A stretch of 64,000 bases of DNA. Origin: an uncultured bacterium (GTDB lineage: Bacteria > Oederibacteriota > PGYV01 > CAWJRG01). Numbering within the stretch: the first letter of the stretch is position 1; each line of letters starts with the position of its first letter. The position numbers and the translations under genes are program-made. The notes under the pieces are model-generated. The model had not been told where the DNA came from. It saw nothing but the letters and a program-made list of their open reading frames with translations, and ran no database searches. The stretch spans positions 1 to 64,000 of the forward strand of contig CAWJRG010000009.1 in NCBI GenBank assembly GCA_963845185.1, given 5' to 3'. Positions 48,464 through 60,700 of this stretch are shown in pieces.

Positions 48464-51115
48464 ATGTTTAAAAAAAATTGGTTGATATTTGCAATTGCAA
48501 TAATAATATTGGCTGTAGCAGCGCAGGTTTTAATTCTTAAAAATTTACTTACACAAGCAGTAACACTTTGGTTTTTTGCAGTGATGATATTTTCTATAGT
48601 GATACTAAAAAATCAAAAAATCATTTTTTTAAAGGAAGGAATAACTGAAATTTTGGCAGTTATTTCTGTAGTTATTGCAATTTTAGCGACTATAATAGTT
48701 AAATATATGGCAACTGTAGCTTTATTATTATATTTTACAGCTGCGGTATTTTTGTTTTTTTCAAAATCAAAAAACAGCGGATTTTGGGAACAGGGTCAGC
48801 TAAAAAATGAAAGAAATGGAATTGAAAAATGGGAACCGTGGTTTGTAGCACTTCTTTTGATTTATACAGTATTGCTTAGGTTTTTATTTCTTAATGATAT
48901 TCCGGTAGGTATTGCGGGGCAGGAAGTTACGCAAATGAGCGAAGTAGGTATTATGGCGGGTAATATGCATAATTATTATTGGCATGGAGGAGGGGGCGCC
49001 GAATGGCCCAGCATGACAATGTATCAAGCGCTTGGTTTTGCCAATATATTTGGCTGGAATATAGGTAATTTTAGGTTGGCAAGCGCTACATGGGGATTGT
49101 TTTATGTAATGGTTCTATATTTTTTAATACGTTCATTATTTTCACCTGCTGCGGCCGCTTTTGTTTCATTATTATTTTCGTCACATCCATTTGAAATAAC
49201 AATATCAAGAGAATTTACGCCTATTGCAATAATGTATGCTTCAATGCTATTGGCGACATGGCTGTTTATTACAGCTATTAGGAAGAAAAAGTGGTATTTA
49301 TTTGGTTTGTCTGGACTTATACTCGGATTTACCCTTCATGGCTATATGCCGGGAAGAATATTACCGGCTGTCTTTGCTCTTTGGGGCATTTACTTATGGA
49401 TATTTAAAAGGGAACTAGGGATTAAAATAAAACATTTTGCCATAATGCTGGCCGGTTTCCTAATAAGCGCAGGGCCTATTTTTTATTTTGCGTATAAAAA
49501 CCCAGGACTTTATTGGAGTTATTTTAATTCTGTTAACCCGAATTCACATGGAAAACTCCTTGATTACATCAAATATTATCTTGCAAATATCCCAACCTAT
49601 GCCGGAGCATTTCATGTCAGAGGCGATGTTTCTCCTTCTTATACTGTTCCATGTAAAAATTTGCTTGAGCCTGTTGCCGCAACTTTGTTTCCTTTAGGAC
49701 TATTTCTTGCTCTTTTTATGCTGTTTACACCAATAGGTATTTATCTTATTATTTTTTTCGTTTTATCATTAGCTCCTGCTATGCTAGGTACGGGCGGCAG
49801 TGGTCATCCCGGGTTAACCCGCATGTCAGGCGTATTCTCGCCTATTTATATAATGATTGCTTTTGCTTTTGAAAGAATAAAAATTATTTTTATCGGGATT
49901 AATGCAAAATATAAAAAAATTATTTTTATTCTTTTGGCCGTAATAGCCGTTTTTATAGGTTCTTTTAACGGAGTGCATGAATACTTTTTTCAAACGACCA
50001 ACAACAGGGAGTTCAGAGAGGCACAAAGATACGGGTATTATCTTGCTAATAAAGAGTTGCGTGAATCAAAGAATGAAAATGCGATTATTTCAACACAATT
50101 CGTATATTTTTTCATGCCGAAAAAAACATATGAAAAAGCGCTGCTTCCTGAAGATTTTCTGCTGCTTGACCCGGCGACAGATAATTTATTATTAATAGAG
50201 CCTTATCTTGAAGGGATTGGTCCTTATTTAAAGGATTTTTTCCCGGATGCAAAGATTAAAGTTTACAGCGAACCTAAGGAGAATATTGGCAAATATTGTT
50301 ACAGTTCAGTTGGAGAGCCGTACAACCCGTACACATATCTTACTAAAGTAAATATTCCAGCGACAGATATAAAGGATTTTGAATCACTTTTAAATGTTAA
50401 AACAGGTGAACGAGTTTCTGTTTTTGACACCAATTTTGGAAAGACTAATACTGGAAAATTAGTGAAACTTAAAGGCGCCTTTATCCTAAGAAAAGATGAA
50501 TCAAAGGCCGAGATAAAAATCAGCTGGCCTGGGTGGAAGATTATATCGGACAACGTAATATCAAACGGGAAAGCAGTATTTAAAACTTTTGGAGTCAATT
50601 ATTTTACAATCGAAGGAACAGTGCCGAATACTTCGGGAGCAATTCCAATTGAATTAAATTTCGAGGATGGAGGCAAAAATGCAAAAAACAGATTTTTTGC
50701 ATTAGATGAAGATTACGGATTAAAAATGAAGTTTTATGAAGATGCAAAAGCCCCTTTTAATAAACCTATAAATTACATGAAAAATATCATATTTCCTTAT
50801 TACAGATTTTTTGACACATATTGCGAGGGTTTGCACGTTCCTTTTATGGTTGTACTTGAAGGATATATAAAAGTTAAAAATGACGGAGAAGTTACACTGA
50901 AAGTGCAGCAACCGTGTTATGCCAAGGTTGTTTTAGACGGAAAGATTATGCAAAATTCGATAATAGGGGAGCAGGTTGTTAACCCTGCTCCAATTATGAT
51001 GAAAAAAGGCGAGATTCGTAAAATAAATATATTTTATACAGCTTATGGAAGTGAAATAGATAGAACATTTATTATGAAATTGCCGGATTCAATCGCATTG
51101 GTTATAGATAGATAA
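48464..51115 (+). CDS. GT-C (ArnT/PMT-like) membrane glycosyltransferase with C-terminal PA14-like region
   Basis: Multi-TM core (LRF..L..IP.G, RLASA.WG) followed by an extracytoplasmic beta-rich domain. GGAGG RBS before ATG 48464. Confidence 0.75.
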   Translation: MFKKNWLIFAIAIIILAVAAQVLILKNLLTQAVTLWFFAVMIFSIVILKNQKIIFLKEGITEILAVISVVIAILATIIVKYMATVALLLYFTAAVFLFFSKSKNSGFWEQGQLKNERNGIEKWEPWFVALLLIYTVLLRFLFLNDIPVGIAGQEVTQMSEVGIMAGNMHNYYWHGGGGAEWPSMTMYQALGFANIFGWNIGNFRLASATWGLFYVMVLYFLIRSLFSPAAAAFVSLLFSSHPFEITISREFTPIAIMYASMLLATWLFITAIRKKKWYLFGLSGLILGFTLHGYMPGRILPAVFALWGIYLWIFKRELGIKIKHFAIMLAGFLISAGPIFYFAYKNPGLYWSYFNSVNPNSHGKLLDYIKYYLANIPTYAGAFHVRGDVSPSYTVPCKNLLEPVAATLFPLGLFLALFMLFTPIGIYLIIFFVLSLAPAMLGTGGSGHPGLTRMSGVFSPIYIMIAFAFERIKIIFIGINAKYKKIIFILLAVIAVFIGSFNGVHEYFFQTTNNREFREAQRYGYYLANKELRESKNENAIISTQFVYFFMPKKTYEKALLPEDFLLLDPATDNLLLIEPYLEGIGPYLKDFFPDAKIKVYSEPKENIGKYCYSSVGEPYNPYTYLTKVNIPATDIKDFESLLNVKTGERVSVFDTNFGKTNTGKLVKLKGAFILRKDESKAEIKISWPGWKIISDNVISNGKAVFKTFGVNYFTIEGTVPNTSGAIPIELNFEDGGKNAKNRFFALDEDYGLKMKFYEDAKAPFNKPINYMKNIIFPYYRFFDTYCEGLHVPFMVVLEGYIKVKNDGEVTLKVQQPCYAKVVLDGKIMQNSIIGEQVVNPAPIMMKKGEIRKINIFYTAYGSEIDRTFIMKLPDSIALVIDR

Positions 51116-51180
51116 AATATTTATGATTTATTATAAAAATTAGAACAGGATATGAGCTAAAACTATAATATATAGAATTA

Positions 51181-51918
51181 TTATTTAATACCTGTTGCGA
51201 TTAAAAAGTGGCCGTGCCTTTTATCAATTAAGCACATGAGGTTGGAAAACCATCCCCAAAACGGAAGATAACCCCTTGTAAAAACTCTTACCTCTTTAAA
51301 TCCGACTTTTTGCAACATTTCTTTAAGGCATATAAAAGCAACGACTCTGACATGGCCAACTGTCCCGCTTACTTCAGAATATTTATTTATGAAGTTCTCG
51401 TCTTTTTTATCTTCCCTGTGCACGCCCAAAGGGTTTCCTATGCTCCAACCGTTGATATTAGTTATAGAAAAAGGCTGCCATCCGAAAACAAGCGACCATA
51501 TATTCACCCAGGAGGAAAGATTTTCGGTCATAACTATAAGCTGTCCAGAAGGCTTTAAACACCTGTAAGCTTCCTCCAAATAGAGGCGTGTATTGTGCAT
51601 ATGTTCTATGTTTTGGCTGGATAAAACAATATCAAAAAAATTATCCTGAAACCCCCATTTATTATTAAGGTCCCCTTTAATGCATTTAATACCTTTATTT
51701 TCCGACAAGATTCTGAATTCATCGACGTACTCAATGCCGAAAATTTCTTTTGGATTAATGATTGAGGCAAATTCAAGCGTTAAACTTCCATCGCCGCATC
51801 CAACATCAAGGAATTTTTCCGCATTTTTTTGTTTAATTAATTTTTTCCCCAGTTTATTACATTGGTTAAGGCCGTCTATAAACGATCTGGCAGCAGATTT
51901 TTTAATTAAATCAAGCAT
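51181..51918 (-). CDS. Class I SAM-dependent methyltransferase
   Basis: FLDVGCGDG, FDIV.SSQNIEH and RCLKPSG motifs. Confidence 0.9.
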   Translation of the reverse strand: MLDLIKKSAARSFIDGLNQCNKLGKKLIKQKNAEKFLDVGCGDGSLTLEFASIINPKEIFGIEYVDEFRILSENKGIKCIKGDLNNKWGFQDNFFDIVLSSQNIEHMHNTRLYLEEAYRCLKPSGQLIVMTENLSSWVNIWSLVFGWQPFSITNINGWSIGNPLGVHREDKKDENFINKYSEVSGTVGHVRVVAFICLKEMLQKVGFKEVRVFTRGYLPFWGWFSNLMCLIDKRHGHFLIATGIK

Positions 51919-52169
51919 AGATTACGCCTCATCGTGGATTTATTTTAAAATAAATAAAATTTTAGCATTAAACGAGTGATTATTCAATGAAAATATAAAG
52001 ATCCTCAAATAGTACAATGATTGAAAAAATATATAATTTAAGTTTATTAATAATATAGCTACTTTTGAAAAAACTGTTATTTTAAAGAAAAATAAAAACT
52101 GTTGCATGAAAATTAAATAATTGATATAATCTTTAAAATTACCAAATCTAATCAATGGAGGTTTTAAGC

Positions 52170-53138
52170 ATGGCAGCGAGAATAACAAGAAAAAAGAAGA
52201 TTGCGGAAAATACAGTGAAAGTTCAAAATCAACCGGCAAATAAAAGCAGTAATACGCCGGTAATTGTTGCAGTAATCGCGGTAGTTATGATTGTTTTAAT
52301 TGCTTTGGAACTTAATTTTGCACTTTCCAAAGAAGCCAAGATGAGCAAAAAGCCTGAACTGATAGCTTACTGGCACGGTGCATATAAAGGCATGTGGGGA
52401 ATAAATTTATGCGGCAATTACATTTATGCAATGGATCATGACCAAAACCAGGTACACAAATACAATAAAATGACCGGTGAACTTGTTGCGGTTTATACTG
52501 TCGCGAAACATGATCCTATGTGGGCGGCAGAAGATATGGAGGGAATCACGTATGTGGTTGCAAAGGATTCCAACACACTTTTAAAATTTGACGGTAAAAA
52601 ACCTGCAGGTACATTAGTCCTTGACGAAGTTAAGTCCCCTTGCAATATTGTGATAAACACAAAGGACATTTTATTTTTAACCGATACTTCCAACAGTAAA
52701 ATTTACAAATATGATTTAACAGGCAAAAAATTGGCTGAGTTTGGAGGTGCCGGGCAGGGTAAAGACCAATTTAAACAGGGAATTGGGCGAATTTTTATTG
52801 ACGCAAAAGATAACCTTTACGTTGAAACCTCCCCGATTGGTTTTGTAAAAGTTTTTAACCCGGACGGCAAATTCGTGAAAGAATGGAAGCTAGATATAAA
52901 GGCGCCTATAGGGTTCGAGAACCTGGCAATAGCACCGGACGGCAATATATATGTGAATGATTTCAACGGTTCGTTTGTACAGGTTTATAATCCAAACGGA
53001 AAATTAATAGGCAAATTTGACAGGGATTTGACCGGAAACTTCATAATAGTAGCTCCTGCGTCAATTACGGGGGGAAATGACGGGCAGATTTATGTGTGCA
53101 CCCACGATATCGGCGTATTTAAACCCATAAAATACTGA
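52170..53138 (+). CDS. Membrane-anchored NHL-repeat beta-propeller (copy 1)
   Basis: Basic N-terminus, one TM helix and NHL-like repeats. Paralog of 56747. Confidence 0.8.
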   Translation: MAARITRKKKIAENTVKVQNQPANKSSNTPVIVAVIAVVMIVLIALELNFALSKEAKMSKKPELIAYWHGAYKGMWGINLCGNYIYAMDHDQNQVHKYNKMTGELVAVYTVAKHDPMWAAEDMEGITYVVAKDSNTLLKFDGKKPAGTLVLDEVKSPCNIVINTKDILFLTDTSNSKIYKYDLTGKKLAEFGGAGQGKDQFKQGIGRIFIDAKDNLYVETSPIGFVKVFNPDGKFVKEWKLDIKAPIGFENLAIAPDGNIYVNDFNGSFVQVYNPNGKLIGKFDRDLTGNFIIVAPASITGGNDGQIYVCTHDIGVFKPIKY

Positions 53139-53174
53139 GTAATTAAGGATAAAAAGAGGAGAAGTTAAGCCCTT

Positions 53175-56100
53175 ATGCGTTCTATTGTAAAAACTATTTT
53201 TATTTTAATAAGTTTAGTATTTTTGATAATAGGCCAGATGCTGATTCTTAATGCACATAATTATAAGGGCGCTATTATATTATCCTCTTTTTTTATATTA
53301 TTTCTTTTTGCCGGCCTGACTGAAATATATTTAATAATATGGAAAAAAACAACTGCAGCGGCACATACGACCGTTGAAATTATCAAGAATTTTAATACCG
53401 CAAGAAAATCTAAAACAAAAGAAATTAAGGGGCAGTCTCAATCCAAAAGCGTAAAAAAAGAAAAACAAATTGAAACAGACCAGTATATCCATTTGAAAAT
53501 AGCAATTCCGAAAGTTATATTTATCATAATAGCAGGATTATTTGCGGTTATAGCACAGGTATTCCTGCTTTCGCAAAATTTCAAAATATTCACAGCCGTA
53601 TTATTTATAGCTTTGTTTTTCTTTGCCATCTTTCTGAAGATGCGAGAAAAAAAGGAAATTTACAAACTGAAATTAAGAAAAGGTTTATTTTTAGCGGCAC
53701 TGATTTCAGGTATTTTATTAATAATAGGCGGATGGATACTTCTTGTAAATTATAAAGTTATAATCCAAGAATGGGGAGTATTTTTGACCTTAATCGGAGT
53801 TTTATTTGTCTTTTTTGGGCTGCCGGAAAATGAAGAGGTTGATTATCTTAAGGAAACCGAAAGCGTAATACTGTTTGAAGAATATAAAATTTTAAATAAT
53901 TATATAGTAAAGGCCGCTTTGATACTGGCTGCTTTTATACTCGTTAAAATAGGCGACAGACTATTACACTCGCAGAATTTAAACATGATCGCATGGTGTT
54001 TATATCTGGCCGGATGGATCTGTGTATTTTTTGCCTTACCGCTTATTAATTTCAAGGAAAAATATTACGACAATAAGATCCTCAATATAATTAAACTGGC
54101 AGCGGTATTGATTGCTGTTTATATCGCCTATATGGCCCAGAAAAGTTTTGTAAGCAATAATGTTGTTCACGCGGTGCACTTATATTTCATCTCGGCTTTT
54201 ATATTTATTTTTGCAGTACCTACATATTCCAAGGAAGAAGAGGAAGATATAAAAATACCAAAATATTTTGAAGTAATTTATTTAATGGCGGTAACTGGAG
54301 CCGGTGTTTTCCTGCGGCTTTACGAGCTCAGTATAAGACCGTTTGGGGTCGAAAACGACGAAGCCGGCGGGTTTTTAGGGCATCTAATTGATGTTATGCA
54401 AGGAAAAATAGAATATAACGTGGGTAACAACGGAATACAATATAACGTAATGAACTTATTTGTGCATATATTCGGGGCTAACAGGATAGGAATGAAGATG
54501 CTTGGGGTTGCCGTCGGCCTGCTTGCAATACCGGCCGTATATTTCTTTATAAAAAAAGCCATTAATACAAAGGCTGCAATGTTTGTTACGGGTGTCTATA
54601 CAACGCTTAGAATAATACTTCATTACAGCAGGTCGGGTCACGGGACATTGTTGACGACGCTTGCTATCCCCGCGGCGCTTTTTTTTCTGTTAAATGCAAT
54701 GAAGAAAAAAGACAAAACAAATTATTTTCTTTCGGGTTTTTGCATGGGCCTTGGCTGGCATTCGCTTATGACTGTGTGGCTAATATCGCTTGTGCCGTTT
54801 ATATACTGGATAATAAAATCATTCACAACAAAAGCTTATTTTAAAAGAAACCTGATAGGTATTTTATCCTTTTGCCTCGGATTTTGGTTTTTTACTTCAA
54901 TGATGATACATAACTATTTTCTTTCAACGAATATGTATTTTTCGCGCATACATGAGGTGTCGGTATTCAGCAACGATTACAATGCCCCAAATAAAAATAT
55001 CGGGGCTGGCATAATGGATAATACAAAAAGAGTCCTGCTGATGTTTAATTATCAGGGGGATGCAAGGGAAAGGAATTCGGGAGGCAGGCCGTTTGACCCT
55101 ACTATTGATTTTTTCAGCGCTATGTTTTTTATGATAGGACTTATTTATTGCTCGTATTACGCCAGACATTATTTGTTTTTTATATTCATTTTGATATTTT
55201 ATTCCCAGGCAGCTGGTTCTATTTTTTCAGTCGAGGCGCCGAGCGCTATGAGGGCTTTCGGGACAATAATTTCGGTGCTTTTTTTCATCGGCATCATATT
55301 TGACCGTATCTGGGCGGCATTCTCAAGGGTTTTGAATAAACCGTTGAGGGCAGCCATTTTCCCAATAATGCTTTTTATACCCTTGTTTTTTATTGCAAAA
55401 GAAAATTATAACCAGTATTTTAACAGGTGGATAGGAGGGCTTGACGAACTTTCAACTGCGGCAGGCATGTATTCCCAGGAACTGGGGAAATCCTACAGAG
55501 TTTTTTTGGCCACGAGCCAATATTACCCGGGTCATCCGCCATATAAATTTTTCAGGGATTATAAAGTAAACCATTCCCCCGACGGGCTTGATATAATAAG
55601 GGATATGTCCCTTATAAACGACGAGAATTACGCAGTATTATTCCACTCCGACTTGTGGAATGTGCTGCCTTACTGGAAAAACAAATTTCCAAATGCAAAA
55701 ACCGAAAGCATAACGCACAGGCATTTTTTTAATAAAATGAAAAGCGATTCAGAGGGCTTTGGAAAATTTTTTGACTCATTTATTATAAGCAACGCAGAAA
55801 TACAAGCAATCAGGGGATTGCGCGGCACATATGCATATAAAAACGGGAAAACCGAAATAATAAACAATGACTCTCTTGAATTTGGAAAAGATAAGGCTGA
55901 TAATACGCCATACCGCGTGAAGTGGGAAGGCGATGTTTTTATACCGCTTTATGGAGACAGCTCTTTTCTCGCTATTGGCCATTCAGATGCAAAGCTGTTT
56001 ATTGACAATAAAAAAATCGATCTTGGCAAAACTTATAAATTCTCAAAAGGATTGCACAAAATAAAAGTCGAGGCCACAAGAGAATCAGCAAATGATACTT

Positions 56101-56630
56101 TCGGGCTTTCCTTGAATGTAAAAAGGCTGGAAGGATCCAGGGTCACAGGCGAAGAAAATTATAATATTACGAAAAGTTACCTTTACGAAAATTTTCTTGA
56201 CGGGCTGCACGGTTATTATTATACCGGCAAGCAATGGGATAAAGCGCCTATTGTAAGGGAAGAAAATAATCCTTATTTATGGTTTACCAGTTTTCTTTTG
56301 GAATATTTTCCTTCTTCAAAATGGCAGGGTACGCTAAAAATAAAAAAGGACGGACAGTATAAAATAACAGCTTCAAATAACGGTTATTTGAGAATAGTCA
56401 TAGATAAAAAATTTTATTGGGATTCGGGCGACGATAACGATGCCAAGGATTATTTTAAGGATAAAAACATGCAGAAGACGACCTTTTTTAATCTTAAAAA
56501 AGGAAAACATTTTATTCAAATATACTCAGTAAATGCCAGCATAATACAAATTTCATGGGACGAAGGCGAAAATGTTTCAACGCCGCTTGGCGGAGATATG
56601 CTTGAACCGGATTATTTAATTTCCGAATAG
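53175..56630 (+). CDS. Large GT-C (ArnT/PMT-like) glycosyltransferase with PA14-like domains (copy 1)
   Basis: Extended N-terminal TM region, LRLYEL..RPFGVENDE, SAMRAFG, and PA14-like GLRGTY/GLHGYYY..WQG segments. Confidence 0.78.
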   Translation: MRSIVKTIFILISLVFLIIGQMLILNAHNYKGAIILSSFFILFLFAGLTEIYLIIWKKTTAAAHTTVEIIKNFNTARKSKTKEIKGQSQSKSVKKEKQIETDQYIHLKIAIPKVIFIIIAGLFAVIAQVFLLSQNFKIFTAVLFIALFFFAIFLKMREKKEIYKLKLRKGLFLAALISGILLIIGGWILLVNYKVIIQEWGVFLTLIGVLFVFFGLPENEEVDYLKETESVILFEEYKILNNYIVKAALILAAFILVKIGDRLLHSQNLNMIAWCLYLAGWICVFFALPLINFKEKYYDNKILNIIKLAAVLIAVYIAYMAQKSFVSNNVVHAVHLYFISAFIFIFAVPTYSKEEEEDIKIPKYFEVIYLMAVTGAGVFLRLYELSIRPFGVENDEAGGFLGHLIDVMQGKIEYNVGNNGIQYNVMNLFVHIFGANRIGMKMLGVAVGLLAIPAVYFFIKKAINTKAAMFVTGVYTTLRIILHYSRSGHGTLLTTLAIPAALFFLLNAMKKKDKTNYFLSGFCMGLGWHSLMTVWLISLVPFIYWIIKSFTTKAYFKRNLIGILSFCLGFWFFTSMMIHNYFLSTNMYFSRIHEVSVFSNDYNAPNKNIGAGIMDNTKRVLLMFNYQGDARERNSGGRPFDPTIDFFSAMFFMIGLIYCSYYARHYLFFIFILIFYSQAAGSIFSVEAPSAMRAFGTIISVLFFIGIIFDRIWAAFSRVLNKPLRAAIFPIMLFIPLFFIAKENYNQYFNRWIGGLDELSTAAGMYSQELGKSYRVFLATSQYYPGHPPYKFFRDYKVNHSPDGLDIIRDMSLINDENYAVLFHSDLWNVLPYWKNKFPNAKTESITHRHFFNKMKSDSEGFGKFFDSFIISNAEIQAIRGLRGTYAYKNGKTEIINNDSLEFGKDKADNTPYRVKWEGDVFIPLYGDSSFLAIGHSDAKLFIDNKKIDLGKTYKFSKGLHKIKVEATRESANDTFGLSLNVKRLEGSRVTGEENYNITKSYLYENFLDGLHGYYYTGKQWDKAPIVREENNPYLWFTSFLLEYFPSSKWQGTLKIKKDGQYKITASNNGYLRIVIDKKFYWDSGDDNDAKDYFKDKNMQKTTFFNLKKGKHFIQIYSVNASIIQISWDEGENVSTPLGGDMLEPDYLISE

Positions 56631-56746
56631 GGGCGATATATGGGAGAATCAGATATTTATTTTCAAAATTTTTAATACCGATAAAAACAGTTGTTAGACA
56701 TTAAAATAACTGATATAATTAAAAAAATATTAAACGGAGGCAAAAA

Positions 56747-57721
56747 ATGGCAAAAAGAAAAATTGCAAGAAAGGCATCATTGAGAAAAGGCGAAATATCA
56801 AATGTTGAAGTCAAGAAAAAATCCTCAGTTAATAATGCATTTGTCCCGATAGTTGCCGCAGTAATAGTAATAGCGATAATAGTTTTAGAAATGATGGTCT
56901 CGATAAACAAAGAAAAACAAATGACTAAGAAACCTGAAATTGTAAAATATTGGACCGGCGTATATAAAGGGCCGTGGGGGATGATGATGTACGGCGACAA
57001 TTTTTATATAGCCGATCACGATCAGAGCCAGATGCAAAAATATAACAAGATGACAGGCGAATTGATTACTGCTTATACAATAGGGACCAATATAGAGCCA
57101 ATATGGGCGGCAGAGTCAAAAGCAGGGGACACTTACATAATAACCAGGAATTCAGGGATACTTTACAGATTTGCAGGGCAGAAAAAAATTGCGGAAATGA
57201 AGCTTGATGGCGTCAACAATCCTGTCAATATGGCAATAAACAGCAAGGATGTTTTATATATTTCCGAAGGGTCGACGGCCAAGGTTATAAAATTTGATTT
57301 AAATGGAGCTAAACATGGCGAATTCGGCGGCATAGGAGGAGGCAGCAGCCAGTTTAAGCAATCGATAGGTAGGCTTTTTATAGATTCGAAAGACAACATA
57401 CTGGTAATTGAACCGAGCGACATGATGGTAAAAGTTTTCAATTCAAAAGACCAATTTCTCAGGCAATGGAAAATAACAGTCCAAAAACCTTTTGGATTTG
57501 AGGGCCTTGCCACAACACCGGATGGCGATGTTTATGTGAATGATTATAACGGGTCCCAAATTCTTGTATATAACGAGCAAGGCAAACAAATAGGCAAATT
57601 CGACAGGGATTTGACGGGCAATTTTGTTATTTCATACCCGGCCTCAATATGCGGTGGCAATGACGGCTATGTTTATGTTTGCACTCATCATATAGCAATT
57701 TTCAAAGCTATTAAGTATTAA
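56747..57721 (+). CDS. Membrane-anchored NHL-repeat beta-propeller (copy 2)
   Basis: Paralog of 52170, sharing KYNKMTGEL, GKFDRDLTGNF and GGNDG..YVCTH. Confidence 0.8.
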   Translation: MAKRKIARKASLRKGEISNVEVKKKSSVNNAFVPIVAAVIVIAIIVLEMMVSINKEKQMTKKPEIVKYWTGVYKGPWGMMMYGDNFYIADHDQSQMQKYNKMTGELITAYTIGTNIEPIWAAESKAGDTYIITRNSGILYRFAGQKKIAEMKLDGVNNPVNMAINSKDVLYISEGSTAKVIKFDLNGAKHGEFGGIGGGSSQFKQSIGRLFIDSKDNILVIEPSDMMVKVFNSKDQFLRQWKITVQKPFGFEGLATTPDGDVYVNDYNGSQILVYNEQGKQIGKFDRDLTGNFVISYPASICGGNDGYVYVCTHHIAIFKAIKY

Positions 57722-57749
57722 TTAACAGATAAGCAAGAAAATTATTGGG

Positions 57750-60700
57750 ATGAACACAAAATATACACAGGCCATAGTAAAGTATTTTTTGATAATAATA
57801 AGCGTTGGTTTAATTATAACGGGACAAATACTTATTTTGGGGGGGAATAATTTTATCTGGGGTTTAATATTTTCCGGCTTTGCGATTATTTTATTTTTTT
57901 CCGCGATCAATTCTCGCTATTTACAAATACAGCCGGCCGTAAACAAGATAATTAATATAATAGCATCCATAATTAAGCAAATTATCAAAATAGAGGGAAT
58001 ACCGGAACGGGAAAAAAGCCAGCAAAAGCAAATATTAAAAAAGCAGGAAATTTTAAAACCTGTTGCGGAAAAAACAAGAATTCAGCCTTCCGTTGAAGAA
58101 AAGCAGAAACAAATTCCCGAAGAAATAAGTATTATAATCCCAAAGATTTTGTTTTTTATACTCGCCTTGCTGCTTGCCGCAGTTTCTCAGGTCTTTCTGC
58201 TGATGCATTCAATAAAAATGCTTATTTTTTTACTGATGATGGCGGTAATTAGTTTTTTTATTTTTTTTGGAATAAAAGGCACGAAAATAAACATAAGATT
58301 AACAGTTAAAGATATTTTAATATTTGCCCTTCGCCTTGCGGGAATTGCCTTAATTACAATAGGTTGGATTTTTTTAATAAAAAGCAGTGTAGTCACCCAG
58401 GAATGGGGAGTTGCTTTTACGGTGTCGGGGGTATTACTTTTGTTCATATTGCTCCCGGAAAATACAGATAAGGGCAACGGAAAAATAGATGAATTCCTTT
58501 TTTCAGCATACGATGAATCCGGGAAAGGATTGAAACACTCGCTGCTTGACTCGCCGGTATTTAAAACAATTCTTTTAATAGCAGCTTTTATACTTTTTAA
58601 AGCAGGCAGCGAATTAATCGCTGGGCCAAAGGGCTTTATAGGCCTTGGCCTTTATTTTTTGGCATTAATTTGCGTTTTTTTTATATTGCCGCTTTTCGGG
58701 TTTCCAGGGAAATATTTTAATAATAAATATGTAAATATATTGAAACTTATACTTGTGCTGACCGCGCTTTTCATTGCATACAAAGCGCAATGTTTATTTG
58801 TTGCCAACAGCCCTGATAAGGCAATATTCTGGTATTTTGCAGCGGCTTTAATATTTATTTTTGCATTTCCCGTCCATGTTTTTAAGGATGAAAATTATTC
58901 AGAAGAAGAAAAATTTCCAATCAAGATAGAAATTATATACCTCACTGTAGCGATACTGTTGGGCATATTTTTAATGACATACGAGCTTGATCTAAGGCCT
59001 TTCGGTCTTGAAAATGACGAAACGGGCGGTTTTATTGGGCATCTACTGGATAAAATTCACGGCAGGGCATCTTTCAACGTTGGAAATTACGGAATCTTGT
59101 ACAACTTGACGAACCTGATAGTGGCCATAATTGGCGTAAGCAGAATATCAATGAAGCTGCTCGGCGTTATACTTGGCATAATAGCGATACCGGCTATTTA
59201 CTTTTTTGTAAGAAAAGTAATAAGCACAAGGGCCGCGATGTTTATAACCGCCATTTTTATTTTTTTAAGGATAATACTTCATTACGAACGTTCGGGGCAC
59301 GGCACAATTTTGGCGACGATAGCAATACCGGCCGCCATATATTTTATGGTAAAAGCAATAGAGAAAAGGGATAAAGTAAGCTATTTCCTCGCGGGACTTG
59401 CAATCAGCCTTGGATGGCATTCGCTGATGACTGTTTTTCTTATAACCGTAATGCCGATTTTGTATTTTGCAATAAAAATAGCAACAGTGAAAGGGTTTTT
59501 AAGGAAAAATTATATCGGTTTGATCGCGTTTTTTCTGGGTTTCTGGATTTTTGCGTCCATGGACATGCACAATTATTTTATTTCCAACAGGATTTATTTC
59601 GCGAGAATAAATGAAGTATCTGTTTTTAGCAAGGACCCCAATGCCCCTAAAAATCCCGCGCAGGGCATATTAAACAATACCAAATCAGTGCTGCTTATGT
59701 TTAACCACATGGGCGATTTCAGGGAGAGAAATTCAGGAGGCAGAAATTACGAACCTACGATTGATTTTACAAGCGCGATGTTTTTTGCCCTGGGATTCAT
59801 TTATTGCCTGTACTACAGCAGGTACTCGCTGTATTTTATTGTTTTACTGATATTTTTTTCCCAGGCTGCAGGCTCGATATTTTCCATAGAAGCACCGAGC
59901 GCAATGAGGGCATTCGGCACAATCATACCTGTCTTTTTCTTTATCGGCATAATATTTGAAAAAATCCGGATTGCCTTTAAAGGAGTTTTTGGGAAAAAAT
60001 GGGAAATAGTATATCTTCCGATCATCTTAATTTTGCCGCTTTTTTTCATAGTAAAAGCCAATTATTACCAGTATTTCCAGAGATGGATAGGCGGCCTTGA
60101 CGAACTGGCAACAGCTGGCGGGATGTATTCTGAAAAAATAGGGAAGTCGTACAGAATATTTTTACACACTTCGCTTTATTATCCGGGGCATCCGCCTTAT
60201 AGATTTTACAGATGGGATTATAAAGTTAACAGCTCAAACCGCGTGCTTGACGGTCTTGAAAACCTGTCAATAATAACAGATGAAAATTATGCGGTTTTGC
60301 TGCAACCTGACACATGGGATGCCCTGCCTTACTGGCTGAAAAAATTTCCAGCCGCAAAACATGAAATTATTACACAGTCATATTTCAACAAAAAACTTAA
60401 AGGTAACGAAGGTTTTGGGAAATTTTTTGATTCGATACTCATAAGTAACAAGGAGATACAATCCATAAAAGGGCTCAAGGGCGAATATTATTACAGCGAC
60501 GGCCTGAAAAAAATAATAAATAATGATATTCCCGAGTTTACTGCCGACGACGCGGATAAAACGCCCTACAGAGTTGTGTGGAGCGGCGAGTTGCTGGTGC
60601 CTTATTACAGTTTGATTATGTTTGATAACAGGGGGACGGCTCCTGCCGAAATTTTTGTTGACAATCATAAAATAGACATGGGTAAAAACATTAAACTTGC

